Numbered from the stretch's first letter, positions 28,624 through 40,054 are shown. The stretch: DNA of 64,000 nucleotides from Atopobium sp. (GCA_015258925.1 JABZHH010000002.1:7775-71774), one strand, 5' to 3'. Numbers and translations: made by a program. The notes: generated from the sequence alone by a model not told the origin.

Positions 28624-29868
28624 ATGACTGAAAGAGTATGTCTGGTTCACTACCACGAAATTGGTTTAAAGGGTAAGAACCGATCCACTTTTGAAAATCA
28701 GTTGGTAACAAATTTGCGACGAGCCCTCCGACACTTTCCAGTGGCGGGGGTTTCTCGCATTTCTGGCTACCTTCTTGTAGAAACCACTGATAAACAAGCA
28801 ACTGAAGAGCTGCAACATGCTGTGGCCCAGGTTCCTGGCGTTGCGCGTGCTTCTTTGGCGTATCGTTGTGGCTTAGATGAGCAGGAGTTTTGTAACGCCG
28901 CCGTGAAGGCGCTGGGGGAGTCCGGTGACTTTACTACGTTTAAAGTGCATGCTCGTCGTTCCTCAACGGTCTATCCAAAGCATTCTATTGAGATTAACCA
29001 GCTTGTAGGCGCAGTCCTTTGCGAGAATTTCCCTGATAAAAAAGTTCAGATGCATAATCCGGATATGACGGTCTATGTACACGTTGTTCAGGGTAATGCA
29101 TACGTTTACGCTGCATCTATTCACGGCGTTGGCGGTCTTCCTGTTGGTACTGCGGGTAAGGTTGTGTCGCTTCTTTCTAGCGGTATAGATTCGCCTGTTG
29201 CTACATGGATGGTTGGCCGTAGGGGAGCTACGGTTATTCCTGTTCACTTCTCTGGACGCCCCATGACTTCCGATACCAGCGAATATCTGTGCCAGGATAT
29301 CATTGAGGCTCTTGAGCCTGCTGGTCTTATTGGCAGAATGTATGTTGTGCCCTTTGGCGAGCACCAGCGTGAGATTTCCCTTGCTGTTCCACAGGCTCTT
29401 CGTGTCATTATGTATCGTCGCGTGATGTACATCATTGCACAGAAAATTGCAGAGCTTGAGGGTGCTAAAGCCCTGGTAACTGGTGAGTCACTTGGTCAAG
29501 TTGCTTCTCAGACGCTTGATAACATTGCTGCTGTCAACGAGGCAGTCACCATACCTGTTTTGAGGCCTTTGATTGGCTCTGACAAGCAAGAAATCATCCG
29601 TCGCGCCCAAGATATCAACACGTTTGATATCTCAACGCAGACGGCTCCTGATTGCTGCACATTGTTTATGCCTCGCCGTCCTGAGACTCATGCAAGAATG
29701 CGAGAAGTTCTTGAAGCATGGAATTCCTTTGATCATGAAGCCATGATTGATGACCTTATGCAGCATATTGAGTACATTGACTTTAGTCAGTGTCCTTCAT
29801 ATAAGCCACCTAAAAAGCTTGCTGCTCGTCATAAAGAACTTGCTCCTGCAGAGTTTATTGCTGACTAG
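28624..29868 (+). CDS. thiI: tRNA 4-thiouridine(8) synthase
   Basis: YHEIGLKGKNR, THUMP domain, LLSSGIDSPVA PP-loop, TGESLGQVASQT and DCC. Confidence 0.95.
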   Translation: MTERVCLVHYHEIGLKGKNRSTFENQLVTNLRRALRHFPVAGVSRISGYLLVETTDKQATEELQHAVAQVPGVARASLAYRCGLDEQEFCNAAVKALGESGDFTTFKVHARRSSTVYPKHSIEINQLVGAVLCENFPDKKVQMHNPDMTVYVHVVQGNAYVYAASIHGVGGLPVGTAGKVVSLLSSGIDSPVATWMVGRRGATVIPVHFSGRPMTSDTSEYLCQDIIEALEPAGLIGRMYVVPFGEHQREISLAVPQALRVIMYRRVMYIIAQKIAELEGAKALVTGESLGQVASQTLDNIAAVNEAVTIPVLRPLIGSDKQEIIRRAQDINTFDISTQTAPDCCTLFMPRRPETHARMREVLEAWNSFDHEAMIDDLMQHIEYIDFSQCPSYKPPKKLAARHKELAPAEFIAD

Positions 29869-29937
29869 GATATTTTTAAGTCTGAGGTATTTCTGCAGTT
29901 CAAAGGTTTTGATAGCTTTGCTCAGATACATTTTTAG

Positions 29938-29966
29938 AATCCGCTCCGTAAAAGGGCGGATTTTTT
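29938..29966 (+). terminator. Terminator after thiI
   Basis: AATCCGCTC...GGGCGGATT hairpin followed by a T-run. Confidence 0.75.
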
Positions 29967-30149
29967 ATGCGAGTGGGTTGATAATCTTATTTAGTGCAAT
30001 TCTGTTCTTGTTAGTTTGTGCAACATATCTGCTAATTGTTGATAACTGTGTCAGATTACCAGCAGTTTTTGGACAAAGCTATTAGGTGAATCTTTAAAAG
30101 TAGCGCTTCTCATTAACCTAATAGTTGAATATAAATCTGAGGTGATTGT

Positions 30150-30902
30150 ATGGCTCAGATTTCAAATAACCGCACTCAAATAATTAATAAATTGATGAGA
30201 AGGTTTAATCTATCTCAGCAACAACTCATGGCGGTTGCCGCTGTGGTTGTCCTAGCTATTGTGTCAGCGGTTGTATTTATTGGAATAATTTCTGCTGGAA
30301 CATCAGAGTCTTTTGATAGGTCACATAATCAAGCAGACTCTACGCAAGGAGTGACTGTTGCAGAAAATCCGCAACATACGCAAGAAGATAATGCTACAGA
30401 TCAGCCAGGAGCTGATCATAAGATTAAAGAAGCTTCTCCTCAAATGATGGTTCATGTTGATGGAGCTGTTAAGTCACCAGGACTTTACGCTCTACAAATG
30501 GCAAACCCACGCGTGAATGATGCTATTCAAATAGCAGGAGGTTTAACTGAAGATGCAAACGGGCAAGGGATTAATCTAGCGGCTCCTGTTGAAGATGGTC
30601 AAAAAATATATATTCCTAAAAAGGGAGAAGAGCCGCCACCAGAGATTCCACAGCCAGAGCAAAACAAAGCCACAAGCAATAAGCAAACAAATACGAAGAG
30701 AGATAAAAAGACAGTTGTAGATATTAATCGAGCAACTGTAGAAGAATTAACCAAGCTTCAAGGTGTGGGAGAAGGGCTAGCTCAGCGAATTGTTGCAGAC
30801 AGACAAAAGAACGGACCTTTTAAAACAACTGAAGATTTGATGCGTGTTTCTGGAATTGGCCAGAAAAAGTTTGATCAGCTTAAGGACAATATTCGTGTCT
30901 AA
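30150..30902 (+). CDS. comEA: Competence DNA receptor (TM, SLBB and HhH domains)
   Basis: N-terminal TM, VHVDGAV..PG, RV.DAI..AGG, DINRAT.EEL..L.GVG and V.GIG. Confidence 0.93.
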   Translation: MAQISNNRTQIINKLMRRFNLSQQQLMAVAAVVVLAIVSAVVFIGIISAGTSESFDRSHNQADSTQGVTVAENPQHTQEDNATDQPGADHKIKEASPQMMVHVDGAVKSPGLYALQMANPRVNDAIQIAGGLTEDANGQGINLAAPVEDGQKIYIPKKGEEPPPEIPQPEQNKATSNKQTNTKRDKKTVVDINRATVEELTKLQGVGEGLAQRIVADRQKNGPFKTTEDLMRVSGIGQKKFDQLKDNIRV

Positions 30903-33282
30903 GGTGATAGAACAACCCACTAGGCCTTTTATTCCGTATAGCCTTTGTATCTTGCTATTTGTTTGTGTATGGCTGCAAGTTTTTATCGCAAGAAACGTAA
31001 TGCTTGATACTATTTTGCTTCAGATTTTAGGAAGCTGCATGGCGGCGGCATTAGGACTTTGGTATGTAAAGTACGCGCATACCAGCCTTATGACTGTTGG
31101 AGTGGTTTTACTTTCACTTGTAATAATCCTAATCAGATCTTCCTTTATATATGCCAGTCAAATGGCATCGGTAGATCTTTTAGAGTCAACTGCTATACAC
31201 GATTTTGAATTAGTCGTATCAAGAGATTTAGTCTATAAAAATCATACATGGACTGGTCAGGCGTCTGTCTTTTACCAAGGTAGTTGTATTGGATTTGTGG
31301 GCATACATGCCAAGGAACCATTCTTGCGAGAAACTCATCTTTGTTGTGAAGGCAGGTTTACACACTATAAAGATAAGGAGTTTTCAGAAGAACAATTTAA
31401 GAGAGGAGTACTTGGTTCAATTCAGATAACCAAGGTGAACTCAAAAACCTATGAAGAGGGAATTATTGGAGAAGTTGCCCAATTTAGAGAAAACTGTATT
31501 TCTCAACTTCAACCAGAGCAGAGCTTTGGCCGAGCGTTAGTTGCATGCGGTCTTTGTGCCTATAGGCCTAGCTTGTATAGCTTTAACATTCCTAGAATAT
31601 TTATGCGTTGCGGTCTAATGCATCTCATTGCAATTTCTAGTTGTCACATGGTAATTCTCTCTACCTTTATTGACGCTTTTTTTAAAAAGCTAACGATAAA
31701 ACCTCTTTTAAGAGGGGTAGTGAATTTATTTTTACTCAGTAGCTACGCGCTTTTCTGTGGATTACCTGCGTCTGCAATGAGGGCAATACTTCTTGTTGAA
31801 CAAAAATACGTAATGCAATATGTGGGAAGAAAAAATCATACGCTCTCAGCAGTTTCTATCGTTGGATTATTTATGCTTTGTATAGATCCACAGCTAAGTG
31901 TGAATATTGCTTTCACTTTGTCTTTAGCATGTATTTTTGGCATGAATATTTACGGCGGTCTTGCTCAGTACTATGCAAAAATTGCTTTTCACATATCTGG
32001 ATATGGAACAATACAGAAGATTCTGAGAAAACCGTTTTCTGACGTGCGAAATACTATGTGTGCCACAACCGTTGCTCAGCTATCGTGCCTTCCAATTTCT
32101 TGCATGTACTTTGGTCATTTTTCTTTACTTGCTCCTCTTTCAAGTGCGCTGATTACAAGTTTATTTTCTCTTCTGAGCTTATTTGGAATTGGAGCAATAG
32201 CTTTATGTTGGTTTAAACCGGCTCAAGATGTTGCTTTCTGCCTTGTGGATTTTCTTGGTCAGTTTATAGAGACTCTTACTTCTTTTTTATCCGAAAGATC
32301 TTTTGCAAGCGTGTCGTTAACTGACATGAGCTGGATAGTTTCATTGCTTGTGTTTGCAGCAATGGTGGCTCTTTACGTGTTTTGGCCAAAAGGGAAAAGA
32401 GTAGTTTTATCTGGCATTTGTTTGATGGTGTTTATGCTTATTTTGGGTTTAAGTATCTACTGGAAGTTTTTCTCGCCAACAAGAATTTGTGTGATGGATA
32501 TTGGCCAAGGAGATGCCATATTGCTCAGTGACGGCGCGCATTCTCTGCTTGTAGACACGAGTGTGGGAGATGTGGTTAATGACGCTCTAGAGCGACAACA
32601 TATCTCATATCTTGATGCTATTTTGCTCACACATCTTGATGAGGATCATGCTGGTGGCGTGAGGTATATGGTTGGTTCGGTGAAGGCAGGTCGGGTATTA
32701 GTTGGAGAAGGAATAACAAAACAAGAAAAACCTGAGCTTCAGAGAGCTATTCAGAGGATTTCCGGCAGCAGCTCCTATGAAGTTTTATATGGTGATGAAT
32801 TTGATGTTGGTCGCTTTCATATTCGCGTTGTGTGGCCACATAGGGGATACAGAGCTAAAGAGGCTAATAATGCGTCAGTTGAGCTCTATGTGACATATAA
32901 CGACGGGCAAAATACCTTAACTACGCTTTTAACGGGAGACGCTGAAAGAGATCAGACAAAAGAGACGGTAGATTCAGGCGATGTAGGCGATATAGATTTC
33001 TTAAAAGTTGGACATCATGGTGCAGCAAAGTCGCTTTATCCAGAAACTGCTCGTGCGCTAAAACCCGAGGTAGCAATTGCAAGTGCTGGAAAGAATAATC
33101 GTTATGGTCATCCTAAACAGGAAGCGGTGGATATCTTAGAGGGTGTTGGCGCAAGGTTTTATTGCACAAAAGATTATGGAGACGTCACCGTATTTCCCGG
33201 AGAACATGGACCTAGGGTAAGTGTGCAACATGCTAAAGTAGATACAGATTTAGAGGAGGAAAAAGATGGCGGAGCAGGCTAA
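30895..33282 (+). CDS. comEC: DNA internalisation channel ComEC/Rec2
   Basis: Multi-TM competence domain (GLMHLIAIS, SAMRA), DIGQGDA, THLDEDH, KVGHHG and N.YGHP; the GTG overlaps the comEA stop. Confidence 0.9.
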   Translation: MSKVIEQPTRPFIPYSLCILLFVCVWLQVFIARNVMLDTILLQILGSCMAAALGLWYVKYAHTSLMTVGVVLLSLVIILIRSSFIYASQMASVDLLESTAIHDFELVVSRDLVYKNHTWTGQASVFYQGSCIGFVGIHAKEPFLRETHLCCEGRFTHYKDKEFSEEQFKRGVLGSIQITKVNSKTYEEGIIGEVAQFRENCISQLQPEQSFGRALVACGLCAYRPSLYSFNIPRIFMRCGLMHLIAISSCHMVILSTFIDAFFKKLTIKPLLRGVVNLFLLSSYALFCGLPASAMRAILLVEQKYVMQYVGRKNHTLSAVSIVGLFMLCIDPQLSVNIAFTLSLACIFGMNIYGGLAQYYAKIAFHISGYGTIQKILRKPFSDVRNTMCATTVAQLSCLPISCMYFGHFSLLAPLSSALITSLFSLLSLFGIGAIALCWFKPAQDVAFCLVDFLGQFIETLTSFLSERSFASVSLTDMSWIVSLLVFAAMVALYVFWPKGKRVVLSGICLMVFMLILGLSIYWKFFSPTRICVMDIGQGDAILLSDGAHSLLVDTSVGDVVNDALERQHISYLDAILLTHLDEDHAGGVRYMVGSVKAGRVLVGEGITKQEKPELQRAIQRISGSSSYEVLYGDEFDVGRFHIRVVWPHRGYRAKEANNASVELYVTYNDGQNTLTTLLTGDAERDQTKETVDSGDVGDIDFLKVGHHGAAKSLYPETARALKPEVAIASAGKNNRYGHPKQEAVDILEGVGARFYCTKDYGDVTVFPGEHGPRVSVQHAKVDTDLEEEKDGGAG

Positions 33283-34237
33283 GCTACTAGCTGCATATTT
33301 GGCTGTTGGCCCTGACGAGATGAAGCGTGCGAGGGCTATAGACAAGCTTAAAAGCCGTCTTAACCAGAGTTTTATTACGTTTAATCTTGATGAGATTTCT
33401 GTAAGTGCTGAGCTGACTTCAGAATCTGTTCTGTCATCCGCTCAAACACTACCTATGGGTGATTCTCGACGAATTGTTGTCATTGATGATGCAGGTAAAT
33501 TACCCAAGTCTGTGTCAGAGGCCCTTGTTGAGTATCTAAAGAACCCCAATCCAACTACTACGCTTATGCTTTCTGCAAGTAAACTTGCCAAAACAACAAG
33601 GCTTTACAAAGCAGTTGATGCCCTAGGTAAGCTCGCAGTTATTAATTGCGGTGCAATGACTAGAAAAGAATTGCCTAAATATATAGGGGATCTTGGAAGA
33701 AAGTACGGACTACAAATCCCAATTAATGTGGCCAACGAGCTTGTAAGTCGTGTTGGCGATAATACCACCATGCTCGATTCTCAGATTAAATCTCTAGCAG
33801 CTCTGTTGGGTCGTCCTGGTGCAATTGACGTTCAGTTTGTAGAAACTCATGTTGCACGAGTGGTTGAGGTCAAGCCGTGGGATTTTCTCGACAGTTTATC
33901 AGCGAGAAATGCTCAAAAGGCTTTGGAACTTTACAGTCAGATGGATGAATCGGGAGCTATTGGAAATCTGTCACTTATGACTGGACGCGTAAGAGAGCTT
34001 ATTTGCGCTAGGTCTATGGTTAAGCGAGGTACAGAACGGGAAATTGCTCCGGTTTTGGGCAAGCAGGACTGGCAAGTAAGAAATTATGCACGATGGGCGC
34101 GTCAATTTGCAGATGGCGAGCTTGAGCATATTTTGAGCCTCTGTGCAGATGCAGAACGTGGTCTTAAAAGTGGAGAAGATAAAACAACCACAACGACCAA
34201 GCTTATCTTTGCTCTGTGCGGCGTCTCAAATGTGTAG
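33266..34237 (+). CDS. holA: DNA polymerase III delta subunit
   Basis: comEC-holA-rpsT synteny; TLPM..RRIVV; C-terminal AERGLKSG. Confidence 0.9.
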   Translation: MAEQAKLLAAYLAVGPDEMKRARAIDKLKSRLNQSFITFNLDEISVSAELTSESVLSSAQTLPMGDSRRIVVIDDAGKLPKSVSEALVEYLKNPNPTTTLMLSASKLAKTTRLYKAVDALGKLAVINCGAMTRKELPKYIGDLGRKYGLQIPINVANELVSRVGDNTTMLDSQIKSLAALLGRPGAIDVQFVETHVARVVEVKPWDFLDSLSARNAQKALELYSQMDESGAIGNLSLMTGRVRELICARSMVKRGTEREIAPVLGKQDWQVRNYARWARQFADGELEHILSLCADAERGLKSGEDKTTTTTKLIFALCGVSNV

Positions 34238-34257
34238 ATTCAAAGAATTCAGGTAAG

Positions 34258-34285
34258 AAAAAACGGACTCCTAGGAGTCCGTTTT
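34258..34285. terminator. Bidirectional terminator between convergent holA and rpsT
   Basis: Perfect palindrome AAAACGGACTC-CTAG-GAGTCCGTTTT. Confidence 0.85.
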
Positions 34286-34308
34286 AAAAAGTTAAAAGTA
34301 GATAAGAA

Positions 34309-34572
34309 CTACTTAAGGGTGTTAACAAGCTTCTGAACGCCGCTCTTACGCTGAGCAGCCTGATTCTTGTGTACGATGCCCTTAGAAGCAGCCTTGTCAA
34401 GAAGGCGGGATGCCTTGTTAGCTGCAACCTGTGCGTCCTCAAGCTGGCCTGCCTCAACAGCAGTGCGAACTGCCTTAATAGCAGTCTTAAGCTCGGAACG
34501 GACAGCCTTGTTGCGCTGGCGTGCCTTCTCAGCGGTGAGAATACGCTTCTTCTGAGACTTGATGTTAGCCAC
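34309..34572 (-). CDS. rpsT: 30S ribosomal protein S20
   Basis: ANIKSQKKR and [15 protein letters not shown]. Confidence 0.98.
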   Translation of the reverse strand: MANIKSQKKRILTAEKARQRNKAVRSELKTAIKAVRTAVEAGQLEDAQVAANKASRLLDKAASKGIVHKNQAAQRKSGVQKLVNTLK

Positions 34573-34680
34573 GTGCGGTTCCTTTCGGTGTTTACTATGT
34601 GAGGCCTCTTCGCTGAGACACGTTTGAGGCAGCTGTTGAAGTATAGCACGAAGGGGGTAGTTTACGCTATTATTTTCCTT

Positions 34681-36492
34681 ATGAATACACAGGATACTTC
34701 ACATATTCGCAACTTCTCTATTGTTGCGCACATCGATCACGGTAAATCTACCATCAGTGACCGCATTTTGGAGCTTACTCATACCGTTGAAGAACGCGAT
34801 ATGGAGTCACAGCTCTTGGACACTATGGACATTGAACGTGAGCGTGGAATTACCATTAAATCAAACGCAGTCCGCGTCATGTATGACGCAGATGACGGAG
34901 AGCGTTATCAGTTCAACCTGATTGACACCCCAGGCCACGTTGACTTTACCTACGAGGTCTCAAGGTCTTTGGCTGCCTGCGAAGGAGCGGTGCTGGTTGT
35001 TGATGCAACGCAAGGCGTGGAGGCTCAAACAGTCTCAAACGCCATGCTTGCCATGAACGCCAACCTGGATATTGTTCCTGCAATCAACAAGATTGATCTT
35101 CCGTCTGCTCGTCCTGAAGAGGTTCGTGCAGAAATTGAGGATGTTCTTGCAATCCCAGCTGATGATGCCGTATGCGTCTCTGGCAAGACTGGTGAGGGTA
35201 TCCATGAGCTTCTTGAGGCTTTAGTGTATTTGGTTTCTCCTCCAAAGGGTGACCCCGCGGCACCTCTTAAGGCGCTTATTCTTGACTCGTATTTTGACCA
35301 GTTCAGAGGCGTCGTTGCAACAGTGCGTGTTTTTGATGGTTCAATCAAGGCCGGCGATCAGCTTCTTATGATGCAGGGATCTATGCCTTTTCTTGTTGAA
35401 GAAGTTGGCGCTAAGAGACCTCTTGAGATGGCAGTTGATCAGCTTTCTGTTGGTGAAGTTGGCTATGTGGTCACTGGCCTCAAAGACCCTGAAGCTGTCC
35501 GCGTTGGAGATACGCTGACCTACAAGCAAAATCCTTGTTCAGAACCACTGCCAGGTTATCGCGAGGCAAAACCAATGGTATTTACCGGTCTTTTCCCCGT
35601 AGATAACAAGCAGTACGAGAATCTCCGTGATGCACTTGATAAGTTGCACGTTAATGATCCATCTCTTACGTGGTCTCCAGAGACGTCTGTTGCTTTGGGA
35701 TTTGGCTTCAGAGTAGGCTTTTTAGGTCTTCTCCACATGGAGGTTGTCAAAGAACGTCTTGAGCGTGAGTTTGACCTGGACTTGATTGCTACCAGTCCCT
35801 CTGTTGACTATCACGTCTATAAGACCGATGGAACTATGATTGAGATTACCAGTCCTCAAGATCTTCCAGAGGTTACCAAGATTGACCGCATTGATGAGCC
35901 ATACCTAAAGGCAAAGATTATTGTGCCTCCTGAGTTTGTTGGTACGGTTATGCAGCTTGTTGTTGATCATCGTGGCGTATCTGAAGACATGGTGTATCTG
36001 TCTGATAAGTCCGTCGAGATGATCTTTAGCATTCCTTTGGCCGAGCTTATCCTGGACTTCTTTGACCAGCTTAAGAGTAGAACCAAAGGTTATGCCTCAC
36101 TTGACTATGAGTTTGATTCATATCGCACTTCTGACCTGGTTAAGCTTGATATCTTGCTTGCTGGAGACGTCGTTGATGCGCTTTCGTTTATTGTTCACAA
36201 GGACAAGGCATACGATCTTGCTCGTGGCCTTTGTGACAGACTTAAAGGCATCATTCCACAGCAGCTTTTTGAGGTTCCTATTCAGGGTGCTATTGGCAAT
36301 AAAATCATTTCTCGTTCTACCGTTCGCGCACGTAGAAAGGACGTCTTAGCTAAGTGCTACGGCGGCGACATTTCCAGAAAGCGCAAGCTGCTCGAGAAGC
36401 AAAAAGAGGGTAAGAAGCGCATGAAGCAGATAGGCTCGGTCGAAGTGCCTCAAGAGGCATTCTTGGCTGTTCTCAAGGTTGATGACGAGTAG
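34681..36492 (+). CDS. lepA: Translation elongation factor 4
   Basis: [36 protein letters not shown] and [14 protein letters not shown]. Confidence 0.98.
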   Translation: MNTQDTSHIRNFSIVAHIDHGKSTISDRILELTHTVEERDMESQLLDTMDIERERGITIKSNAVRVMYDADDGERYQFNLIDTPGHVDFTYEVSRSLAACEGAVLVVDATQGVEAQTVSNAMLAMNANLDIVPAINKIDLPSARPEEVRAEIEDVLAIPADDAVCVSGKTGEGIHELLEALVYLVSPPKGDPAAPLKALILDSYFDQFRGVVATVRVFDGSIKAGDQLLMMQGSMPFLVEEVGAKRPLEMAVDQLSVGEVGYVVTGLKDPEAVRVGDTLTYKQNPCSEPLPGYREAKPMVFTGLFPVDNKQYENLRDALDKLHVNDPSLTWSPETSVALGFGFRVGFLGLLHMEVVKERLEREFDLDLIATSPSVDYHVYKTDGTMIEITSPQDLPEVTKIDRIDEPYLKAKIIVPPEFVGTVMQLVVDHRGVSEDMVYLSDKSVEMIFSIPLAELILDFFDQLKSRTKGYASLDYEFDSYRTSDLVKLDILLAGDVVDALSFIVHKDKAYDLARGLCDRLKGIIPQQLFEVPIQGAIGNKIISRSTVRARRKDVLAKCYGGDISRKRKLLEKQKEGKKRMKQIGSVEVPQEAFLAVLKVDDE

Positions 36493-36501
36493 AAGGTATC
36501 T

Positions 36502-37593
36502 GTGGAATCGCTTCAAACTATTATTGCAACCTGTGCCCCTGAAGCTGGTCTTTCTTCTCGCATTATTCCTTTTGCGTCAGGTACTTCACTTAAGGAGCGC
36601 CTGTCTGCAAATCCCGTGCTTATGGCCCCTATGGCCGGTGTCAGCGATGGCGTGTATCGCACTATGGCTCGAGCTGGCGGAGCAGGTCTTGCGTATTCAG
36701 AAATGGTTTCTGTTGCAGGAATTCATTATGGTGGCGAGAAAACCTGGGAGCTTGTAGAGCCTCTTGCAACAGAGCCTGATATTGCTGTTCAACTTTTTGG
36801 TTCAAAGCCAGATCAGTTTAAAGAAGCAGCAGCTCAGATTAGTGAGCGTTTAGGGGATAAGCTGGCTCTTATCGATATCAATATGGCTTGTCCTGTTCCT
36901 AAGGTGGTTAAAAAAGGGGAGGGTTCAGCCCTTCTAGACACCCCAGAGCTTGCTGCAGATTTGGTTAAGGCTTGTCTGTCTGAGGTTAGCGTACCTGTCA
37001 CTGTCAAGATTAGGCGTGGTAGACGTCAGGATGAGGAAGTGGCACCTGAGTTTGCTCGCGCCATGGAGGCTGCTGGAGCATCTGCCGTTGCTATTCACGG
37101 TCGCTTTGCTACCCAGATGTATCGTGGTCAGGCAGAGTGGGAGACGGTTAATAGGGTTTGCGACGCCGTTTCTATTCCGGTCATAGGCTCTGGAGACATG
37201 CTTTCTGCTGAAGCAGCAGCTCATGCTCTTACAGAGACGGGTGTGACAGCTGTAATGATTGCTCGCGGAACGTATGGAAATCCGTGGATTTTTAAAAACA
37301 CTCAAGCTTTAGTTGAGGGTCAACCTGTGCTTGTCCCAACGCTTGATCAAATGCTTGCATCTTTTATGATGCATGTAAGGTTGCTTGATGCTGCTCACAT
37401 TCATATAGCTCGCGCTAGAAGTCTTTCTACCTGGTATTTCAGAGGGATTCCAAATGCTGCGTATTGGCGTGGCAAGTCAGTGAGATGTGTTACTGCTCAA
37501 GATTTTATTGATCTTGCACTAGAGATTAAAGAAACCGTCAAGCGGCTTGAGGGTGAGCAAGAATTTCCTGAGCATAATCTACCTATGAGCTAG
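36502..37593 (+). CDS. dusB: tRNA-dihydrouridine synthase
   Basis: APMAGV, SEMV, VQLFG, DINMACP, HGR and VMIARG..GNPW. Confidence 0.9.
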   Translation: MESLQTIIATCAPEAGLSSRIIPFASGTSLKERLSANPVLMAPMAGVSDGVYRTMARAGGAGLAYSEMVSVAGIHYGGEKTWELVEPLATEPDIAVQLFGSKPDQFKEAAAQISERLGDKLALIDINMACPVPKVVKKGEGSALLDTPELAADLVKACLSEVSVPVTVKIRRGRRQDEEVAPEFARAMEAAGASAVAIHGRFATQMYRGQAEWETVNRVCDAVSIPVIGSGDMLSAEAAAHALTETGVTAVMIARGTYGNPWIFKNTQALVEGQPVLVPTLDQMLASFMMHVRLLDAAHIHIARARSLSTWYFRGIPNAAYWRGKSVRCVTAQDFIDLALEIKETVKRLEGEQEFPEHNLPMS

Positions 37594-37602
37594 TGATTTG
37601 TT

Positions 37603-38853
37603 GTGGATTCCTGGCAGTCTAAATACAACCAAACGGCCACTCCTGCACTTTACCTGCATATTCCGTTTTGCGCACAAAAATGCTTCTATTGCGATTTTTC
37701 TTCTTGGTCCACAAGACAAGACGATAATCGCATGAAAGATTACGTAAAAGCACTAAAACATCAGCTAGATGAAGCCGCTCAGCTTGGGTTGTTAGCTGCT
37801 ACTAAAACGGTCTATATGGGAGGCGGAACTCCCAGCTTGCTCGGTCAAGATGCGGTAGATTTGGCGCAGAACGTCTCAGCTCTTATGCAGCCTAGTGAGT
37901 TCAGCATGGAAGCAAATCCAGACTCACTATCTGACGATCTTCTCGCCAATCTCTCTAAAGGTGGGGTAACGAGAATTTCTTTGGGAGTTCAAAGCTTTAA
38001 CGATAATGAGCTTAAGAGTCTTGGCAGAGTTCACTCGGCAGAGCTTGCTAATGACAGGGTTTTAGCCGCAAAAGAGCGTGGCTATGACGTGTCTGTTGAC
38101 CTCATGTGTGCTATTCCCGAGCAAACAGAGCGTTCCTGGGAGTATTCGCTCTCAAGGTTTGTCTCGCTTGGAGTAGATCATGTGAGCGTTTATCCACTTA
38201 CTATTGAAGACGGCACGGCGTTGGCCAAACAAACCCAAGATAAAGACACTCCTTGGAACGCCTACGACGTGCAGGCAGATCGAATGCAAGCTGCTTCAAA
38301 GGCGCTTCAAGCAGCGGGATTTGTTCGCTACGAGGTAGCAAGTTACGCCCGCAACCAGAAGAGTTGCAAGCACAATAAGATGTACTGGACAGGGGAATCG
38401 TACCTAGGTCTAGGTACCAGCGCTGCAAGCATGCTCACCGCACCTGAGTACGATATGCTTGCGGAGCAGAATACTTCCTTACCGACGCGCCCACAAGACG
38501 CTGCTCGCGCACGACTGGTGGTCCTTGATTCTCCAAGAAAAATTGCTGAAGGTGCATCGCTCTTCTCGACAGAGTTTGATGTTGAATTTCTGACTCATAG
38601 AGAAGCTGTGGCAGAAGATTTGATGCTGCACGCTCGCCTTATGGAACCAATTTCTCCTGCGCTTTTGACTGAGTCTGAGCTGGTATTTGGCGCGTCGCGT
38701 TTACAAGATGTGTTTGATACATGCGTGCGAGACGGATTATTGGACCGTGTTGAAGCAGATGTTTTAAATGGTGCAAAAACCTATAGACCTACCGAGAAGG
38801 GCTGGCTGCTTGGAAACGAGCTCTATGGACGTCTTTGGGATTTACGTCTGTAG
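37603..38853 (+). CDS. hemW: Radical SAM heme chaperone (HemW/HemN-like)
   Basis: LYLHIPFC...C.YCDF, GGGTPS, RISLGVQSF and HN..YW; lepA-dnaJ context. Confidence 0.85.
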   Translation: MDSWQSKYNQTATPALYLHIPFCAQKCFYCDFSSWSTRQDDNRMKDYVKALKHQLDEAAQLGLLAATKTVYMGGGTPSLLGQDAVDLAQNVSALMQPSEFSMEANPDSLSDDLLANLSKGGVTRISLGVQSFNDNELKSLGRVHSAELANDRVLAAKERGYDVSVDLMCAIPEQTERSWEYSLSRFVSLGVDHVSVYPLTIEDGTALAKQTQDKDTPWNAYDVQADRMQAASKALQAAGFVRYEVASYARNQKSCKHNKMYWTGESYLGLGTSAASMLTAPEYDMLAEQNTSLPTRPQDAARARLVVLDSPRKIAEGASLFSTEFDVEFLTHREAVAEDLMLHARLMEPISPALLTESELVFGASRLQDVFDTCVRDGLLDRVEADVLNGAKTYRPTEKGWLLGNELYGRLWDLRL

Positions 38854-38947
38854 TGTGTTTGTGCTGCATTAACTTCAAAACAAGTGGGTACACTTTCAAA
38901 CGTTCTCATGATGCAGATTTAGTTATGGGTTGAATCGGAGAGATTTC

Positions 38948-40054
38948 ATGGCTGCAATGAACGAGAAGGACTATTACGCCATCCTTGGTGTCTCTGAGTC
39001 CGCGACAGCTGAAGAAATTAGAAAAGCTTTTCAAACTAAAGCTCGTAAGCTTCATCCAGACGTCAATAAAGAGCCCGATGCTGAAGAGCGTTTTAAAGAG
39101 GTTTCTGAGGCGTACGCTGTTCTGTCAGATGCCGAGAAACGCCGTCGTTATGACGCAATGAGAAGCGGCTCTTTCTATGGCGGCGGCTATGGTCCTTCTG
39201 GTTATCCCGGTGGATCTGCCTATGGGGGTTCTCCTTTTGAGGGCGGCTTCCCGTTTGGTGATATCAACTTTAATAATTGGACCACTGGATCTCAAAAGCG
39301 CTCTCGTGCATACAAGCCTCAGACTGGCGCAGATATTGTCTACGACTTAACGCTGAATGATACAGACGCTAAAAATGGCGTTAAGAAAGGCATCACGTAT
39401 CAGCGCTTTGTTACTTGTGATGCTTGTGCTGGTAAGGGATCTCAGCATAAAGCCGAGGCAACTACCTGTCCTACCTGCCATGGAACGGGCCATATTGACA
39501 TTGATCTTTCTTCCATTTTTGGAGTTGGCAAGTTTAGAGTTGACTGTCCAGAGTGTGAAGGCGCTGGACACGTTGTACAGGACCCATGCGACGTTTGTGG
39601 TGGTTCTGGACGTGTTTTGTCTGCAAGTGAAATTATGGTTGATGTACCAGCTAATTCACATGATGGTGACCAGGTCAGAGTACCTGGAATGGGAAATGCA
39701 GGAACAAATGGTTCTGCAACCGGCGACTTTATCGTAAATATCAAGGTTCCTTCAGAGCAGTTGACGTTCCGTCAGCGCGCGGGAGCTCGTATTACTGGCA
39801 TTACTGCAATGCTTTTAGTATTTGTGGCGCTTAATTTGAGGTCGCCATTATTTGCCATTGTTTTGATTCCACTTTTGATATTTGGCATTAGAAATGTTCT
39901 TGCAGATGGCGTCAAGATGAACGCCGGCTGGTGGAGAAGCTTTGCAAATGCATTTGTTTCGGGAATCATCAATGGTGCCTTCTACTCAATTATTATTATG
40001 ACTTTGTATGCTTGTACGGCCGGTTTGGGCCATGTTGGCTATATGGGAATTTAA
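38948..40054 (+). CDS. DnaJ-family co-chaperone with a hydrophobic (TM) C-terminus
   Basis: HPD J-domain, G/F region and four CxxCxGxG motifs; C-terminus hydrophobic. Confidence 0.85.
   Translation: MAAMNEKDYYAILGVSESATAEEIRKAFQTKARKLHPDVNKEPDAEERFKEVSEAYAVLSDAEKRRRYDAMRSGSFYGGGYGPSGYPGGSAYGGSPFEGGFPFGDINFNNWTTGSQKRSRAYKPQTGADIVYDLTLNDTDAKNGVKKGITYQRFVTCDACAGKGSQHKAEATTCPTCHGTGHIDIDLSSIFGVGKFRVDCPECEGAGHVVQDPCDVCGGSGRVLSASEIMVDVPANSHDGDQVRVPGMGNAGTNGSATGDFIVNIKVPSEQLTFRQRAGARITGITAMLLVFVALNLRSPLFAIVLIPLLIFGIRNVLADGVKMNAGWWRSFANAFVSGIINGAFYSIIIMTLYACTAGLGHVGYMGI

Noticed and set aside
29970..30070. Possible DnaA boxes or oriC upstream of comEA (TGTTGATAA-like)
   Set aside because: Only one or two mismatched boxes, and no dnaA/dnaN context.
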